This document shows, one piece after another, positions 23,478 through 34,042 of a stretch of 64,000 bases of DNA. How positions within the stretch are numbered: the first letter of the stretch is position 1; the number at the start of each line of letters is the position of its first letter. Made by a program: the position numbers and the translations under genes. The DNA comes from an uncultured Gammaproteobacteria bacterium (GTDB lineage: Bacteria; Pseudomonadota; Gammaproteobacteria; UBA6002): positions 32,001 through 96,000 of the forward strand of contig CAVPKM010000007.1 of NCBI GenBank assembly GCA_963705725.1. The letters run 5' to 3'. Below the pieces are notes generated by a model. That model saw only the letters and a program-made list of their open reading frames with translations, made no database searches and was not told the origin of the DNA.

Positions 23478-23716
23478 TCTGTTTTATCATGCCCCTCTTT
23501 TGCTTCTTTTGGTAAGATTTGAATGTCAAGATCTAAAGCGGAAAGTATTCTAAAAAAAGTAGCCAGCTCTGTCCTTTGTGGTTTTACTTCAAACTGAGAA
23601 ACAGTTTGCTGCTTTAGGCCAACTCTTTGGCCTAATTCTGTCTGGCTTAACTTAAGTTTTTTACGTCTGTCCGTTAAATAAACGGCCAAGTCATTAGGTG
23701 AATGAACAAACATCAT
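23459..23716 (-). CDS. hipB: HipB antitoxin (Xre HTH)
   Basis: LSQTELGQRVGLKQQTVSQFE, C-terminal W; overlaps hipA start. Confidence 0.92.
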   Translation of the reverse strand: MMFVHSPNDLAVYLTDRRKKLKLSQTELGQRVGLKQQTVSQFEVKPQRTELATFFRILSALDLDIQILPKEAKEGHDKTEWKEEW

Positions 23717-23730
23717 TTCTCTCCATAAAT

Positions 23731-23803
23731 TACCCTTTATAGCATGTATTTTTAATTTTACCCCTTATAAAGGGTAATTTCAACTTACCCTTTATAAGGG
23801 GTG
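23731..23803. promoter_or_regulatory. Three putative HipB operators TACCC-N8-GGGTA
   Basis: Copies start at 23731, 23759 (perfect) and 23786; cf. E. coli TATCC-N8-GGATA operators. Confidence 0.8.
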
Positions 23804-23842
23804 GTTTTTTGGTACCATAGCGGAGGCTAAGCGGGAAAGGCG
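23802..23842 (+). repeat. 41-bp direct repeat, right of hipBA
   Basis: 39/41 identical to 22085-22125. Confidence 0.9.
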
Positions 23843-23945
23843 CTATTGCTAATATAATTAGAATAATCAATAATATAGCAATCATATTAAACGCGCATTT
23901 TTTATAAAATAATAGTATTTTTCATCTCGTATTATTAGTTTTTTT
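23823..23945 (-). pseudogene. Degenerate 5' copy of the DUF3309 gene plus its upstream region
   Basis: Aligns by eye to 16135-16260; TGG->TAG and a 1-bp deletion. Confidence 0.8.
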
Positions 23946-24011
23946 GTTTATTTCTGTTAGCAGAACCCTAGCTGACGAGTTGTGAGGTTTTTTAATGAAG
24001 AGTGAGCACAG

Positions 24012-24740
24012 ATGTTGACCTTGCTGTATAAATTCGCTGCACCCAAGTACTTTTTTACTGCTTCGGCTAAGTTATTGCCTCTATTAATAGTCATGTGCTG
24101 TATAACACTTGGATATGGTTTAGTCGGAGGATTATATCTCGCTCCGGCGGACTATCAGCAAGGTGAAGTATTTCGAATTATCTATGTTCATGTGCCAAGT
24201 GCCGTACTATCATTAGCGATTTATCTGATAATGGCAATTTTTGCAGGAATTGGCCTGATTTGGCGCATTAAAATTGCAAAGATCATTTTTACAGAAAGTG
24301 CACCAATTGGGATATCTTTTACTTTTTTGGCGCTGTTAACTGGTGCGTTATGGGGGCAGCCAACATGGGGGACGTGGTGGTTGTGGGATGCGCGGCTCAC
24401 ATCAGAATTAATTCTGCTTTTACTGTATTTTGCCATTCTTACGCTTCAATCAGCAATTGAGGATAAAGATAAAGCGATAAAAGCAAGTAGTTTGTTAGCG
24501 TTGGTGGGAGTGGTAGATCTGCCGATTATCCATTATTCAGTATATTGGTGGAACACCCTTCATCAGAAAGCCACCATTTTGAAACTGCATGCACCTTCTA
24601 TGGATTTGTCAATGCTATATCCATTATTATCAATGATATTGGCTTTTTTCTTATTTTATATTATTGTGTTGCTACTTCGTTCACGCAATGCGCTCCTTGT
24701 GCATGAAAAACAAGCGCAATGGATTAAACAAACGTTATAA
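24012..24740 (+). CDS. ccmC: Heme exporter protein C
   Basis: IIYVHVP, WGQPTWGTWWLWDARLTS, WWNTLHQ. Confidence 0.95.
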   Translation: MLTLLYKFAAPKYFFTASAKLLPLLIVMCCITLGYGLVGGLYLAPADYQQGEVFRIIYVHVPSAVLSLAIYLIMAIFAGIGLIWRIKIAKIIFTESAPIGISFTFLALLTGALWGQPTWGTWWLWDARLTSELILLLLYFAILTLQSAIEDKDKAIKASSLLALVGVVDLPIIHYSVYWWNTLHQKATILKLHAPSMDLSMLYPLLSMILAFFLFYIIVLLLRSRNALLVHEKQAQWIKQTL

Positions 24741-24743
24741 ATA

Positions 24744-24896
24744 ATGAAAACAATAGTTTCTTTTCTATCAATGAATGGTTATGGGTTTTTTGTCTGGACA
24801 TCTTATTCCCTCATGGCTGTTATTTTAATTTTTAATTTAACTGTGCCGTTATATAAATTTAAACAATTAAAAAACGAACTACGAGGCAAGTGTTGA
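24744..24896 (+). CDS. ccmD: Heme exporter protein D
   Basis: MKTIVSFLSMNGYGFFVWTSYSL...; between ccmC and ccmE; not in ORF track. Confidence 0.85.
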   Translation: MKTIVSFLSMNGYGFFVWTSYSLMAVILIFNLTVPLYKFKQLKNELRGKC

Positions 24897-25291
24897 ATAT
24901 AAAGCGAAGGAGGCGCTTAATATTAATCGTCTTGATGGTTCTAGGAGTAGGTTGTTCTACCAGCTTAGTCTTAGTCGCCTTGAATAAAAATATTAATTTA
25001 TATTATACTCCAAGCCAAATAAATCAAAAAAACCTTCCTAAAACGCGTTTGCGCCTAGGTGGATTAGTGAAAAATGGCAGTATCCATAGAGCAGGTGACA
25101 CGCTCAAAATTAATTTTATTGTTACTGATAATAAGCATGAAATTTCTGTCGTCTATGTGGGTATCCTTCCTGCTTTATTTCGAGAAGGACAGGGTGTGGT
25201 GGTCGAGGGTGAGTTCCTCAATCAGCACTTTATTGCCAAGCAAGTGTTGGCAAAACATGATGAAAACTATCGGCCGCCAGGCTTAAAATAG
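24890..25291 (+). CDS. ccmE: Heme chaperone
   Basis: LPALFREGQG, VLAKHDENY. Confidence 0.95.
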   Translation: MLNIKRRRRLILIVLMVLGVGCSTSLVLVALNKNINLYYTPSQINQKNLPKTRLRLGGLVKNGSIHRAGDTLKINFIVTDNKHEISVVYVGILPALFREGQGVVVEGEFLNQHFIAKQVLAKHDENYRPPGLK

Positions 25292-25301
25292 TGATGTAAA
25301 T

Positions 25302-27203
25302 ATGATTCCAGAAATAGGCCATTTTTGTTTAATCCTTGCTCTTTGCTTGGCAGTGATTCAAGCAATTTTGTCGATGACGGGAACAATTAAATCTCAGCCA
25401 TTGTGGGTTAAAATTGGCAAATCAGCCGCATTTGGCCAACTCTTTTTTTTAATTTCCTGCTTTTTTCTTCTCACTTATTCCTTCATAACCAATGATTTTT
25501 CAGTTGCTTATGTGGCACAAAATTCAAATAGCGCTCTGCCTTGGTTTTATCGGCTTTGTGCTAGCTGGGGAGCGCATGAGGGTTCTTTGCTGCTTTGGGT
25601 ATTGGTTCTTGCAGGCTGGACTGTCTCGTTTTGCCTGTTTGGATCAAAAAAAATAGATCAATTAAGCGGGTTAGTCGTTTCCATTCTAGGATTCGTCAGT
25701 ATAGGATTTTTACTTTTTTTACTGTTGACTTCCAACCCATTTCTTCGCTTATTACCAGATGCGCCGATTAATGGCAGAGATTTGAATCCACTTTTACAAG
25801 ATCCTGGGTTAATTATTCATCCTCCTATTTTATATATGGGATATGTAGGATTTGCCATTGCTTTTGCCTTTGCGCTTTCTGCCTTAATTAGCGGCAAGTT
25901 TGATGCAAACTGGGCAAGACAGGCAAGACCTTGGACATTAGTGGCTTGGAGTTTCTTAACATTGGGCATCACGCTTGGCAGTTGGTGGGCCTATCGTGTC
26001 CTTGGTTGGGGCGGGTGGTGGTTTTGGGACCCGGTCGAAAATGCTTCCTTCTTACCTTGGTTATCTGGCACTGCCTTGTTTCATTCCTTGCTCGTTGTCG
26101 AAAAACGAGAGACCTTTAAGGCCTGGGCAATCTTGTTAGCGGTGTGCACTTTTTCTCTTAGCCTAATTGGAACATTTTTAGTTCGATCCGGTATATTAGT
26201 TTCAGTTCATGCCTTTGCAGTCGACCCCACACGTGGTACCTTTGTGCTTTATTTCTTAGCAATTGTCATCGGGGGTTCCTTGCTTTTGTATGCCTTGCGT
26301 GGAAATAAAATTATTAATAGCGGGATATTTGGATGGTGGTCGAAAGAAACATTCTTATTGACGAATAATATTTTATTTACCGTTGCCATGTTAACAGTGC
26401 TTCTTGGCACAATTTATCCACTTATTATTGATGGTCTGGGTCTTGGGAAGTTATCAGTCGGGCCGCCTTATTTTAATACAGTTTTTGTTCCACTTATGAT
26501 ACCTGTTTTGTTTTTGATGGCATTTGCACCTGCAATTCATTGGGAAACGGCCAAACCAATACTGATCATTAAGCGGTTTAAATATTCACTGTTGGTTTCA
26601 ATCCTCCTTTCTATTAGCTTGCCGGTGATTATCACAAGGAAAATTCATTTAACGCTTGCGATCGGTCTTTTTTTAGCATTTTGGGTAGTGTTAGCGTCCC
26701 TGCAAAATCAAATACATGCCAACAAAAAAATAATGACACGTCGTTATGGAATGTTATTGGCGCATCTGGGTTTTGCGGTTTGTACGATAGGCGTCATCCT
26801 AACTTCTGCATATAGTGATCAACGTGATTTAAGCATGCAGTTAAAAGATTCGACAAGAATCGGTCCTTATCTGATTTCCTTCAATAGAATGGAAGAATAC
26901 CGTGGACCTAATTATTCTGCCTATCGGGGAGAATTTATAGCAACGCAGGGACATCAAATCTATCGGTTATTGCCGGAATTGCGGTTATTTCACGCACAAC
27001 AAATAAGTCTGCCAAAGGCGGCTATTCACAAACAATTATTTCATGATCTTTATATTTCATTAGGAGAACCTCTGCAAAATCAAGCTTGGTCAATGCGAAT
27101 TTATTATAAGCCATTTGTTCGCTGGATTTGGGTAGGAGGGATAATGATGATGTTGGGCGGAGTCGTGAGTGCATGGCAACTACGTAAAGTAAAAGGTCCA
27201 TGA
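25302..27203 (+). CDS. ccmF: Cytochrome c heme lyase
   Basis: HEGSLLLW, HPPILY, WGGWWFWDPVEN. Confidence 0.96.
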   Translation: MIPEIGHFCLILALCLAVIQAILSMTGTIKSQPLWVKIGKSAAFGQLFFLISCFFLLTYSFITNDFSVAYVAQNSNSALPWFYRLCASWGAHEGSLLLWVLVLAGWTVSFCLFGSKKIDQLSGLVVSILGFVSIGFLLFLLLTSNPFLRLLPDAPINGRDLNPLLQDPGLIIHPPILYMGYVGFAIAFAFALSALISGKFDANWARQARPWTLVAWSFLTLGITLGSWWAYRVLGWGGWWFWDPVENASFLPWLSGTALFHSLLVVEKRETFKAWAILLAVCTFSLSLIGTFLVRSGILVSVHAFAVDPTRGTFVLYFLAIVIGGSLLLYALRGNKIINSGIFGWWSKETFLLTNNILFTVAMLTVLLGTIYPLIIDGLGLGKLSVGPPYFNTVFVPLMIPVLFLMAFAPAIHWETAKPILIIKRFKYSLLVSILLSISLPVIITRKIHLTLAIGLFLAFWVVLASLQNQIHANKKIMTRRYGMLLAHLGFAVCTIGVILTSAYSDQRDLSMQLKDSTRIGPYLISFNRMEEYRGPNYSAYRGEFIATQGHQIYRLLPELRLFHAQQISLPKAAIHKQLFHDLYISLGEPLQNQAWSMRIYYKPFVRWIWVGGIMMMLGGVVSAWQLRKVKGP

Positions 27204-27745
27204 AAAAATTACAATACCTCTTACCCTTCATTTTTTTTGTTGGATTAATTATTTTATTCAAATATGGATTAATGCAAGATCCTAATTATTTACCTTCCGT
27301 AATGATTGGGAAACCGGTTCCTGCTTTCAGTGCAGAAACATTGGATCAAAAAAAAACGCAAATAACTGAAAATATATTTAAAGGAGACATCACTTTATTA
27401 AATGTTTGGGCTTCTTGGTGTCAAAATTGTCAAATGGAGCATCCTCTTCTCATTGATCTTGCTAAAAGTGGCCGGCTCAAATTATACAGTTTGAATTATA
27501 AAGATAAGCGTATTGCAGCAACTTCTTTCTTGCTCGAAATGGGCAATCCCTATCAAGCAACGATTTTTGATCCGGAAGCTAAGGTCTCCATGCAATTAGG
27601 TGTTTATGGTACTCCCGAAACATTTTTAATTGATAAACAAGGGATGATTCGCTATCGCTATGTCGGTCCGCTTACCCTTGCTAAAATAGAAAATGATTTG
27701 TTGCCGCGTATTAAACAACTTGAAGAGGAAGGCAGAAAAAAATGA
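27200..27745 (+). CDS. ccmG: Thiol:disulfide oxidoreductase DsbE
   Basis: NVWASWCQNC, GVYGTPETF. Confidence 0.93.
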   Translation: MKKLQYLLPFIFFVGLIILFKYGLMQDPNYLPSVMIGKPVPAFSAETLDQKKTQITENIFKGDITLLNVWASWCQNCQMEHPLLIDLAKSGRLKLYSLNYKDKRIAATSFLLEMGNPYQATIFDPEAKVSMQLGVYGTPETFLIDKQGMIRYRYVGPLTLAKIENDLLPRIKQLEEEGRKK

Positions 27746-28164
27746 ATCTAAATAAAAATCTAATTAAAAGATTATTACTTTTATTTTATTTCTTTTTTAT
27801 TGCGCCTTCCAGTTTAGCGGCTGTTCAATATCCTTATTATTTTACTTCTCCAGTTCAGCAGCAACGCTTCGAAAAACTTATTAGTGAATTACGATGTTTA
27901 GTTTGTCAAAATCAAAGCTTGGCAGAATCAAATGCACCACTTGCCCTTGATCTGAAAAGAGAGGTCTACCACAAAGTAGTGGCGGGTGCTTCTACGGCAG
28001 AAATAAAAACTTATTTAATTTCTCGCTATGGTGAATACATTTTATTCAAGCCTAATATAAATACAAATACCTACTTACTTTGGTTTGGGCCATTAATTTT
28101 TTTGTTGGGTGCTTCATCCATTATGTTTTTAAGTATCTATCGTCAAAGTAAAATAACTAATTAG
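27742..28164 (+). CDS. ccmH: Cytochrome c maturation protein H
   Basis: LRCLVCQNQS, RYGE. Confidence 0.93.
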   Translation: MNLNKNLIKRLLLLFYFFFIAPSSLAAVQYPYYFTSPVQQQRFEKLISELRCLVCQNQSLAESNAPLALDLKREVYHKVVAGASTAEIKTYLISRYGEYILFKPNINTNTYLLWFGPLIFLLGASSIMFLSIYRQSKITN

Positions 28165-28171
28165 GAAGGAC

Positions 28172-28867
28172 ATGCTATTATTTTGGGCAACGCTTTTCAG
28201 TGTTTTGTTAATTAGTCTGGTTATTTTGTCGCAGCCTTTTTTCTATTCATTTAATCGCAACCAATTAATTAAACAAAAAAGTCATTTTTATTTGTTGGCA
28301 GGCATTATTTTGTTCATGTCTTTAGGTAGTGTTTCTTTATATCTTTATTTGGGAAAAAGCCAAGCGGTTATCGAAAAGCGAAATACCCTTAAACATGCAA
28401 ATGAAATAAAAGCAGAAATCAAAAAAATGGGGTCACGCCAAAATATTATTCATGCCTTAAAATCAAAATTATTACAGATGCCAGAAAATAAAGAAAATGC
28501 GCGAGGCTGGTTCATACTTGGAAAACTTTATTTCAATGAAAATAAAATTCAAGATTCGAATGCCTGCTTTCAGAAAGCAGCGAAACTCAATCCAAGTTCA
28601 GAATATCAACTGCAGTCAGTAATCGTGAAATTTTATTTGAATAAACACTTGGATAAAAATGATAAACAAACGATTACTCAATTATTACGACGCTCAGCAA
28701 ATGATCCTAATTTGCTTAATCTGTTAGCTTTAGATGCTTACCAAGATAAAAAATATCAAATAGCGATTCGGTATTGGGAGAGGCTGCTCATGTATTTTCC
28801 ACCTCAATCAGAAGATTTTAATCACTTAATGACCATGATTAAACAAGCCCAAAGAGAAACTTCTTAA
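28172..28867 (+). CDS. ccmI: CcmI/CycH TPR protein
   Basis: Two TMs plus TPR (GWFILGKLY, AIRYWERLL); follows ccmH. Confidence 0.8.
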   Translation: MLLFWATLFSVLLISLVILSQPFFYSFNRNQLIKQKSHFYLLAGIILFMSLGSVSLYLYLGKSQAVIEKRNTLKHANEIKAEIKKMGSRQNIIHALKSKLLQMPENKENARGWFILGKLYFNENKIQDSNACFQKAAKLNPSSEYQLQSVIVKFYLNKHLDKNDKQTITQLLRRSANDPNLLNLLALDAYQDKKYQIAIRYWERLLMYFPPQSEDFNHLMTMIKQAQRETS

Positions 28868-28883
28868 ATGAATTTAGAAGGCA

Positions 28884-30059
28884 ATGAAGATTTTATATAT
28901 AAATGGAATTATTTTATTATTTATTTTTCTTCCCAATTTTTTTCTCTATGCAGCCAATAAGAACGCTAACGAAGAGGTAACTTTTGGTTTTTTTGTGCAA
29001 GGTGATGGCCTTGTTTTCTCCGGAGATAAAAAAGATCTAGTCGATAATAAAAATAATTTTATAAATGAATTTAATATTCCACGTGCTCGATTTTATATGA
29101 CGGGTAAAAAATGGGACTGGCATTATCAACTTACTTATGATGCAGCTCAAAAAACGCCGCGAGATTTTTTTATTCGTTATATAAAATATGAAAAATTTCG
29201 CGTGATGATTGGACAATATAAGGTTCCATTTAGTTTGCGTTTTGCAACAAAACAATCGCATGATATTTATTTAGAGCAAGCCTTGCCGACAATTGCATTT
29301 TTGCCTGGTTTCAAAATTGGAATGCAAACACAGTTTTATCCTGATCCATTCTCTATCACCCTTGGCCTCTATTCAATGGAAACGAATCGAAGATTTCGAG
29401 CCCATACCGTCCATGGAGAGGCACCACTTGGTTATAATGCACGAATTACTTATTCTCCCATCCATAAAGAGAGGTTGCTCATTCACCTTGGTATTGCTGC
29501 TGTCTACGAAGTGCCTGATTCCACCCACCGTTTTGTATTTGAAACTTTTCCTGAGGTACTAACTAAAAAACACGCTAGGCTAGTCAATACAGGACGCCTT
29601 GAAAACTGTCAATATCATATGGGTCAAGAATATGAAGCCGCGTTAATGTTGGGCGCTTTTTTTATAGAAGGGGAAGGTTACACAAATCATATCAACCGTT
29701 TGGCAACAAGTGAGAATGTAAATTTTAACGGATTTTTATTAGGGGCAGATTATTTTTTAACAGGTGAACATCATGGATATAATTTTAAAGACGGCAGCCT
29801 ACAAGAGTTTGATAAAATTAATCACCGTTTTGGTGCTTGGCAATTAGCTTTTCGTTACTCTTGGGTTGATCTTATGGATCGAACTGTGAAGGGCGGGAAA
29901 GAAAAAAATTATACGCTTGGTTTAAATTGGATTGCTAACCGGCATGTAAAGCTGATGTTAAATTACATTATTGCTGAGGCAAAACCTTCAGAGAATGGCT
30001 TGAACAGACATTTACATATTTTAGGATTGAGGTGTCAGTTAAGTGCAGAAAGCTGGTGA
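28884..30059 (+). CDS. OprO/OprP-family porin
   Basis: RARF, IGQYKVPFSL, YFLTGE, GAWQLAFRYS, TLGLNW. Confidence 0.8.
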   Translation: MKILYINGIILLFIFLPNFFLYAANKNANEEVTFGFFVQGDGLVFSGDKKDLVDNKNNFINEFNIPRARFYMTGKKWDWHYQLTYDAAQKTPRDFFIRYIKYEKFRVMIGQYKVPFSLRFATKQSHDIYLEQALPTIAFLPGFKIGMQTQFYPDPFSITLGLYSMETNRRFRAHTVHGEAPLGYNARITYSPIHKERLLIHLGIAAVYEVPDSTHRFVFETFPEVLTKKHARLVNTGRLENCQYHMGQEYEAALMLGAFFIEGEGYTNHINRLATSENVNFNGFLLGADYFLTGEHHGYNFKDGSLQEFDKINHRFGAWQLAFRYSWVDLMDRTVKGGKEKNYTLGLNWIANRHVKLMLNYIIAEAKPSENGLNRHLHILGLRCQLSAESW

Positions 30060-30096
30060 AAGTTTTTTACCCAGTTTTACATGATCTTTTTCATGG

Positions 30097-32100
30097 TTAC
30101 TCGCTTTGTAATAAAATCTCTTGTAGCCCTTTTATTTCATCACGAAGCTTCGCGGCTTCTTCAAATTCCAGATTTTTAGCATGAGTAAACATTTTTTCTT
30201 CTAAAATTTTTATTTCACGAGAAAGTTGGGTGGATGAAAGATGATGATAGCTGCCAGCCTTTTCAGAAATTATTTTTTCAGCATAACTTCCTGCAGTAGG
30301 GGAGGCGGTGTCCAAAATATCTTTAACAGCTTTTTGAATGCTTTTTGGAACAATGCCATGTTCGCGGTTATATTCTTTTTGTAAAATACGTCTTCTATCT
30401 GTTTCATCAATAGCTTTTTTCATCGAGTTGGTGATGGTGTCTGCATACATAATTACTCTTCCATGTACATTACGTGCGGCCCGCCCAATGGTTTGAATTA
30501 AAGAGCGTTCTGAACGTAAAAAACCTTCTTTATCTGCATCCAAAATTGCTACCAGGGACACTTCTGGTAAATCTAAGCCTTCACGCAAAAGATTAATTCC
30601 AACTAAAACATCGAAAACGCCCAACCGTAAATCACGTAAGATTTCCACGCGCTCAATGGTATCGATATCAGAATGCAGATAGCGAACTTTAATGCCATTC
30701 TCGAGTAAGTAGTCGGTTAAGTCTTCTGACATGCGCTTAGTTAAGGTAGTAATTAACACGCGTTCATGTAATTTAACTTTTTGCCGTATCTCCGATAAAA
30801 CGTCATCTACTTGAGTTCTGACAGGTCTAACCTCAATTTCTGGATCAACCAATCCAGTTGGCCTGACCACGAGCTGTGTCACGTGATCGCAATGCTGAAG
30901 TTCATAGGCACCAGGCGTTGCCGAAACATAGAGGGTTTGTGGCGACAAATGGGTGAATTCATCAAAGTGCAGCGGCCGGTTATCTAGCGCAGAGGGTAAT
31001 CGAAACCCATATTCGACTAACGTCGTTTTGCGAGAACGATCTCCATTATACATCGCTGAAAGTTGAGGCACGGTTACGTGAGATTCATCAATCACCAAAA
31101 GCGCATTGTTAGGTAAGTAATCCATTAAAGTAGGAGGGGGTTCGCCTGGATTTCTTCCCGAAAGATATCTCGAATAATTTTCAATCCCCGAGCAGTAGCC
31201 CATCTCCAAAATCATTTCAATATCATAAAGTGTACGTTGTTCAAGGCGTTGTGCCTCCACTAATTTATCGTTTTCACGTAAAATTGCTAACCTTTCTTTG
31301 AGTTCTTCTTTAATTAAATCAATCATGTCAAGCAGTTTTTGTCTGGGTGTGACGTAATGAGTTTTGGGGAAAATTGTCACTCTAGGGGTTTTTGATAAGA
31401 TCTCACCCGTTAACGGATCGAACAAACAAATTGACTCCACTTCCTCATCAAATAGCGAGACTCTCACTGCTTCATATTCAGATTCAGCTGGATAAATATC
31501 AATAATATCTCCTCGTACTCGATAGGTCGCACGCCGAAAATCCATATCGTTACGTGTATACTGGAGCTCTGCCAAGCGGCGTAAAATAGCGCGTTGGTCG
31601 ATAGCTTCCCCCACATTAATATGTAACACCATGCTGAGATAAGACTGAGGATCGCCTAATCCATAGATGGCTGAAACAGTTGCGACGATAATGGTATCTT
31701 TGCGTTCTAATAATGCTTTAGTAGCCGATAAGCGCATTTGCTCAATTTGATCATTGATTGAAGCGTCTTTTTCTATATAGGTATCAGACGATGGCACATA
31801 GGCTTCTGGTTGATAATAATCATAATAAGAAACAAAGTAGGCCACCGCATTTTTGGGGAAAAAAGTTTTCATTTCACTATAAAGTTGTGCGGCGAGTGTC
31901 TTGTTGGGCGCGATAATGAGCGTGGGTCTTTGAACCTTTTCAATGACGTTGGCAATGGTATAGGTTTTGCCTGATCCCGTTACACCTAATAATGTTTGGC
32001 GTAATAACCCATTCTCTAAACCCTGAACTAAGTCGTTGATTGCTTGTGGTTGATCCCCAGCAGGCGGAAATTTTGCATCGAGGGTTAACTTTTTGCTCAT
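30097..32100 (-). CDS. uvrB: Excinuclease ABC subunit B
   Basis: [33 protein letters not shown]. Confidence 0.97.
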   Translation of the reverse strand: MSKKLTLDAKFPPAGDQPQAINDLVQGLENGLLRQTLLGVTGSGKTYTIANVIEKVQRPTLIIAPNKTLAAQLYSEMKTFFPKNAVAYFVSYYDYYQPEAYVPSSDTYIEKDASINDQIEQMRLSATKALLERKDTIIVATVSAIYGLGDPQSYLSMVLHINVGEAIDQRAILRRLAELQYTRNDMDFRRATYRVRGDIIDIYPAESEYEAVRVSLFDEEVESICLFDPLTGEILSKTPRVTIFPKTHYVTPRQKLLDMIDLIKEELKERLAILRENDKLVEAQRLEQRTLYDIEMILEMGYCSGIENYSRYLSGRNPGEPPPTLMDYLPNNALLVIDESHVTVPQLSAMYNGDRSRKTTLVEYGFRLPSALDNRPLHFDEFTHLSPQTLYVSATPGAYELQHCDHVTQLVVRPTGLVDPEIEVRPVRTQVDDVLSEIRQKVKLHERVLITTLTKRMSEDLTDYLLENGIKVRYLHSDIDTIERVEILRDLRLGVFDVLVGINLLREGLDLPEVSLVAILDADKEGFLRSERSLIQTIGRAARNVHGRVIMYADTITNSMKKAIDETDRRRILQKEYNREHGIVPKSIQKAVKDILDTASPTAGSYAEKIISEKAGSYHHLSSTQLSREIKILEEKMFTHAKNLEFEEAAKLRDEIKGLQEILLQSE

Positions 32101-32172
32101 AGAAATTGTTGCTTCAAATTTGTGATTTTAACGATTATCATACTATTTTTTGCTCTTGATAGGATATAAATT

Positions 32173-33372
32173 ATGAACTTACTACTTTCCAAAAAAGTTG
32201 AATCGGTTAAGCCTTCTCCAACTTTGGCGGTATCTAATCGCGCTACAGAATTAAAAGCCAGCGGCAAAGATATTATTGATCTCGGGGTGGGTGAACCGGA
32301 TTTTGATACCCCAGAACATATTAAAGAAGCAGCAATCAAAGCAATACACGATGGTTTTACTAAATACACAGCCGTTGAAGGAATTGCAAGCTTAAAAAAA
32401 GCCATCTCAATAAAATTTGCTAAAGAAAATAACCTCCATTATGCAATCAACCAAATTCTCGTATCAAATGGCGCTAAGCAAAGCTTATATAATTTATTCC
32501 AAGCGGTTCTTAACCCGGGTGATGAAGTGCTTATTCCCGCTCCTTACTGGGTGTCTTACCCAGACATGGCGCTGCTGGCTGATGCTACCCCTATCATTCT
32601 TCCTGCCGAAATTGAGCACTTGTTTAAAATTACTGCCGTTCAACTAGAAAAGGCCATTACGCCAAAAACAAAATTGATGGTAATCAACAGCCCCTCTAAT
32701 CCTACCGGGGTGGCCTATACCCGTGAGGAACTCACAGCGATCGCTGCTGTTTTGCTAAAACATCCACAAGTTATTATTGTTACAGATGATATATATGAAC
32801 ATATTTTATGGCGCGATGAGCCCTTCGTTAACATTTTAAATGTCTGTCCTGAATTATCTGATCGAACTGTTGTTGTCAATGGTGTATCTAAAGCCTATGC
32901 CATGACTGGCTGGCGTATTGGTTATGCGGCAGGTCCTATTCAAATTATTAATGCAATGAAAAAAGTGCAATCCCAAAGCACTTCTAATCCAAATTCAATT
33001 GCTCAAATTGCAGCTCAAGCCGCCTTAGAAGGGGATACGCGAGATTTAATTCGAATGGTGAGTGCTTTCAAAGAAAGACATGATTTTGTTGTCCCCGCGT
33101 TAAATAAAATTGAAGGAATAGAATGTTTACAGGCAGATGGAACTTTTTATGCCTTCCCTAATGCTAAAAAACTAATTTCAAATTTAAATTTCAATAATGA
33201 TATTGAGCTTGCTGATTTCATTTTAAATGAGGCCGAGGTTGCAGTGGTTCCCGGATCAGCATTTGGCTCTGAAGGTTATTTGCGGTTGTCTTATGCAACC
33301 AACTTGGATGCGTTAAGCAAGGCTATGGATAGAATCAAGCAAGCGATCGAAAAAAAACTAAAAGTCGGTTAA
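32173..33372 (+). CDS. aspC: Class I aspartate aminotransferase
   Basis: GEPDF, NSPSNPTG, DDIY, SKAYAMTGWRIG. Confidence 0.88.
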   Translation: MNLLLSKKVESVKPSPTLAVSNRATELKASGKDIIDLGVGEPDFDTPEHIKEAAIKAIHDGFTKYTAVEGIASLKKAISIKFAKENNLHYAINQILVSNGAKQSLYNLFQAVLNPGDEVLIPAPYWVSYPDMALLADATPIILPAEIEHLFKITAVQLEKAITPKTKLMVINSPSNPTGVAYTREELTAIAAVLLKHPQVIIVTDDIYEHILWRDEPFVNILNVCPELSDRTVVVNGVSKAYAMTGWRIGYAAGPIQIINAMKKVQSQSTSNPNSIAQIAAQAALEGDTRDLIRMVSAFKERHDFVVPALNKIEGIECLQADGTFYAFPNAKKLISNLNFNNDIELADFILNEAEVAVVPGSAFGSEGYLRLSYATNLDALSKAMDRIKQAIEKKLKVG

Positions 33373-33402
33373 ACCAGGCATTAAAAAAAGTGATAAAACC
33401 TA

Positions 33403-33431
33403 TTGACCAAACTTTAATGCCTCAGTAGTAT
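33403..33431 (+). promoter_or_regulatory. Sigma70 promoter of tRNA-Asn
   Basis: TTGACC-17 bp-TAGTAT just upstream of the tRNA. Confidence 0.65.
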
Positions 33432-33443
33432 ACCTTTTCCCGT

Positions 33444-33519
<76 letters not shown>

Positions 33520-33866
33520 AATAATCAAGCACTTACAACAAAATTCAAAAATTTCCCATTTATGTGTGCGGGATTTTTCGGGAGCTTGCTCCCGAAATAT
33601 TTTTTAGCATGGTAAGTGAATGCCATTCACCTTCTTTTCGTTAATATAGCGCTTGATAAACATCACACTTAAACCGCTGCCCCCTGATAAAGCCGCTAAC
33701 TTTATCCTGATTATTTTCTTATATCAAAATCATTGTTAATGGATTGGTCTTTACAAAATGGAAGATGCTTTCCTTAAAATTTAAAAATAAATTTAAATAT
33801 TTTAACTACAAATAATGGAATTTTTTGCTAAAATTTTATTGGATATGTCGATAATAGGAGAAAAAA

Positions 33867-34013
33867 ATGACGATAAGCAGAAATTCTTCAAAAAATTCTC
33901 AGAGTCATCAGACTAGAGTCCAAGCAGGTAAAAAAGCTGCTAAAACAAGAGGCCGTGCCAGCCTAGCAGAAGCTGGACGAAAAGGAGGAAAAGTAAGAGG
34001 GAAAAAGATGTAA
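33867..34013 (+). CDS. Small KGG-motif stress protein (48 aa)
   Basis: RBS aggag; ...TRVQAGKKAAKTRGRASLAEAGRKGGKVRGKKM*; one unit of the neighbouring repeat. Confidence 0.75.
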   Translation: MTISRNSSKNSQSHQTRVQAGKKAAKTRGRASLAEAGRKGGKVRGKKM

Positions 34014-34042
34014 GCAATTAACTTTTAATGGAGGAATTTAAT

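Noticed and set aside
834-32647. Many short antisense or overlapping ORFs in the track (e.g. 834..1082, 9788..10189, 18701..19048, 32097..32405)
   Set aside because: They overlap confidently assigned genes and show no motifs
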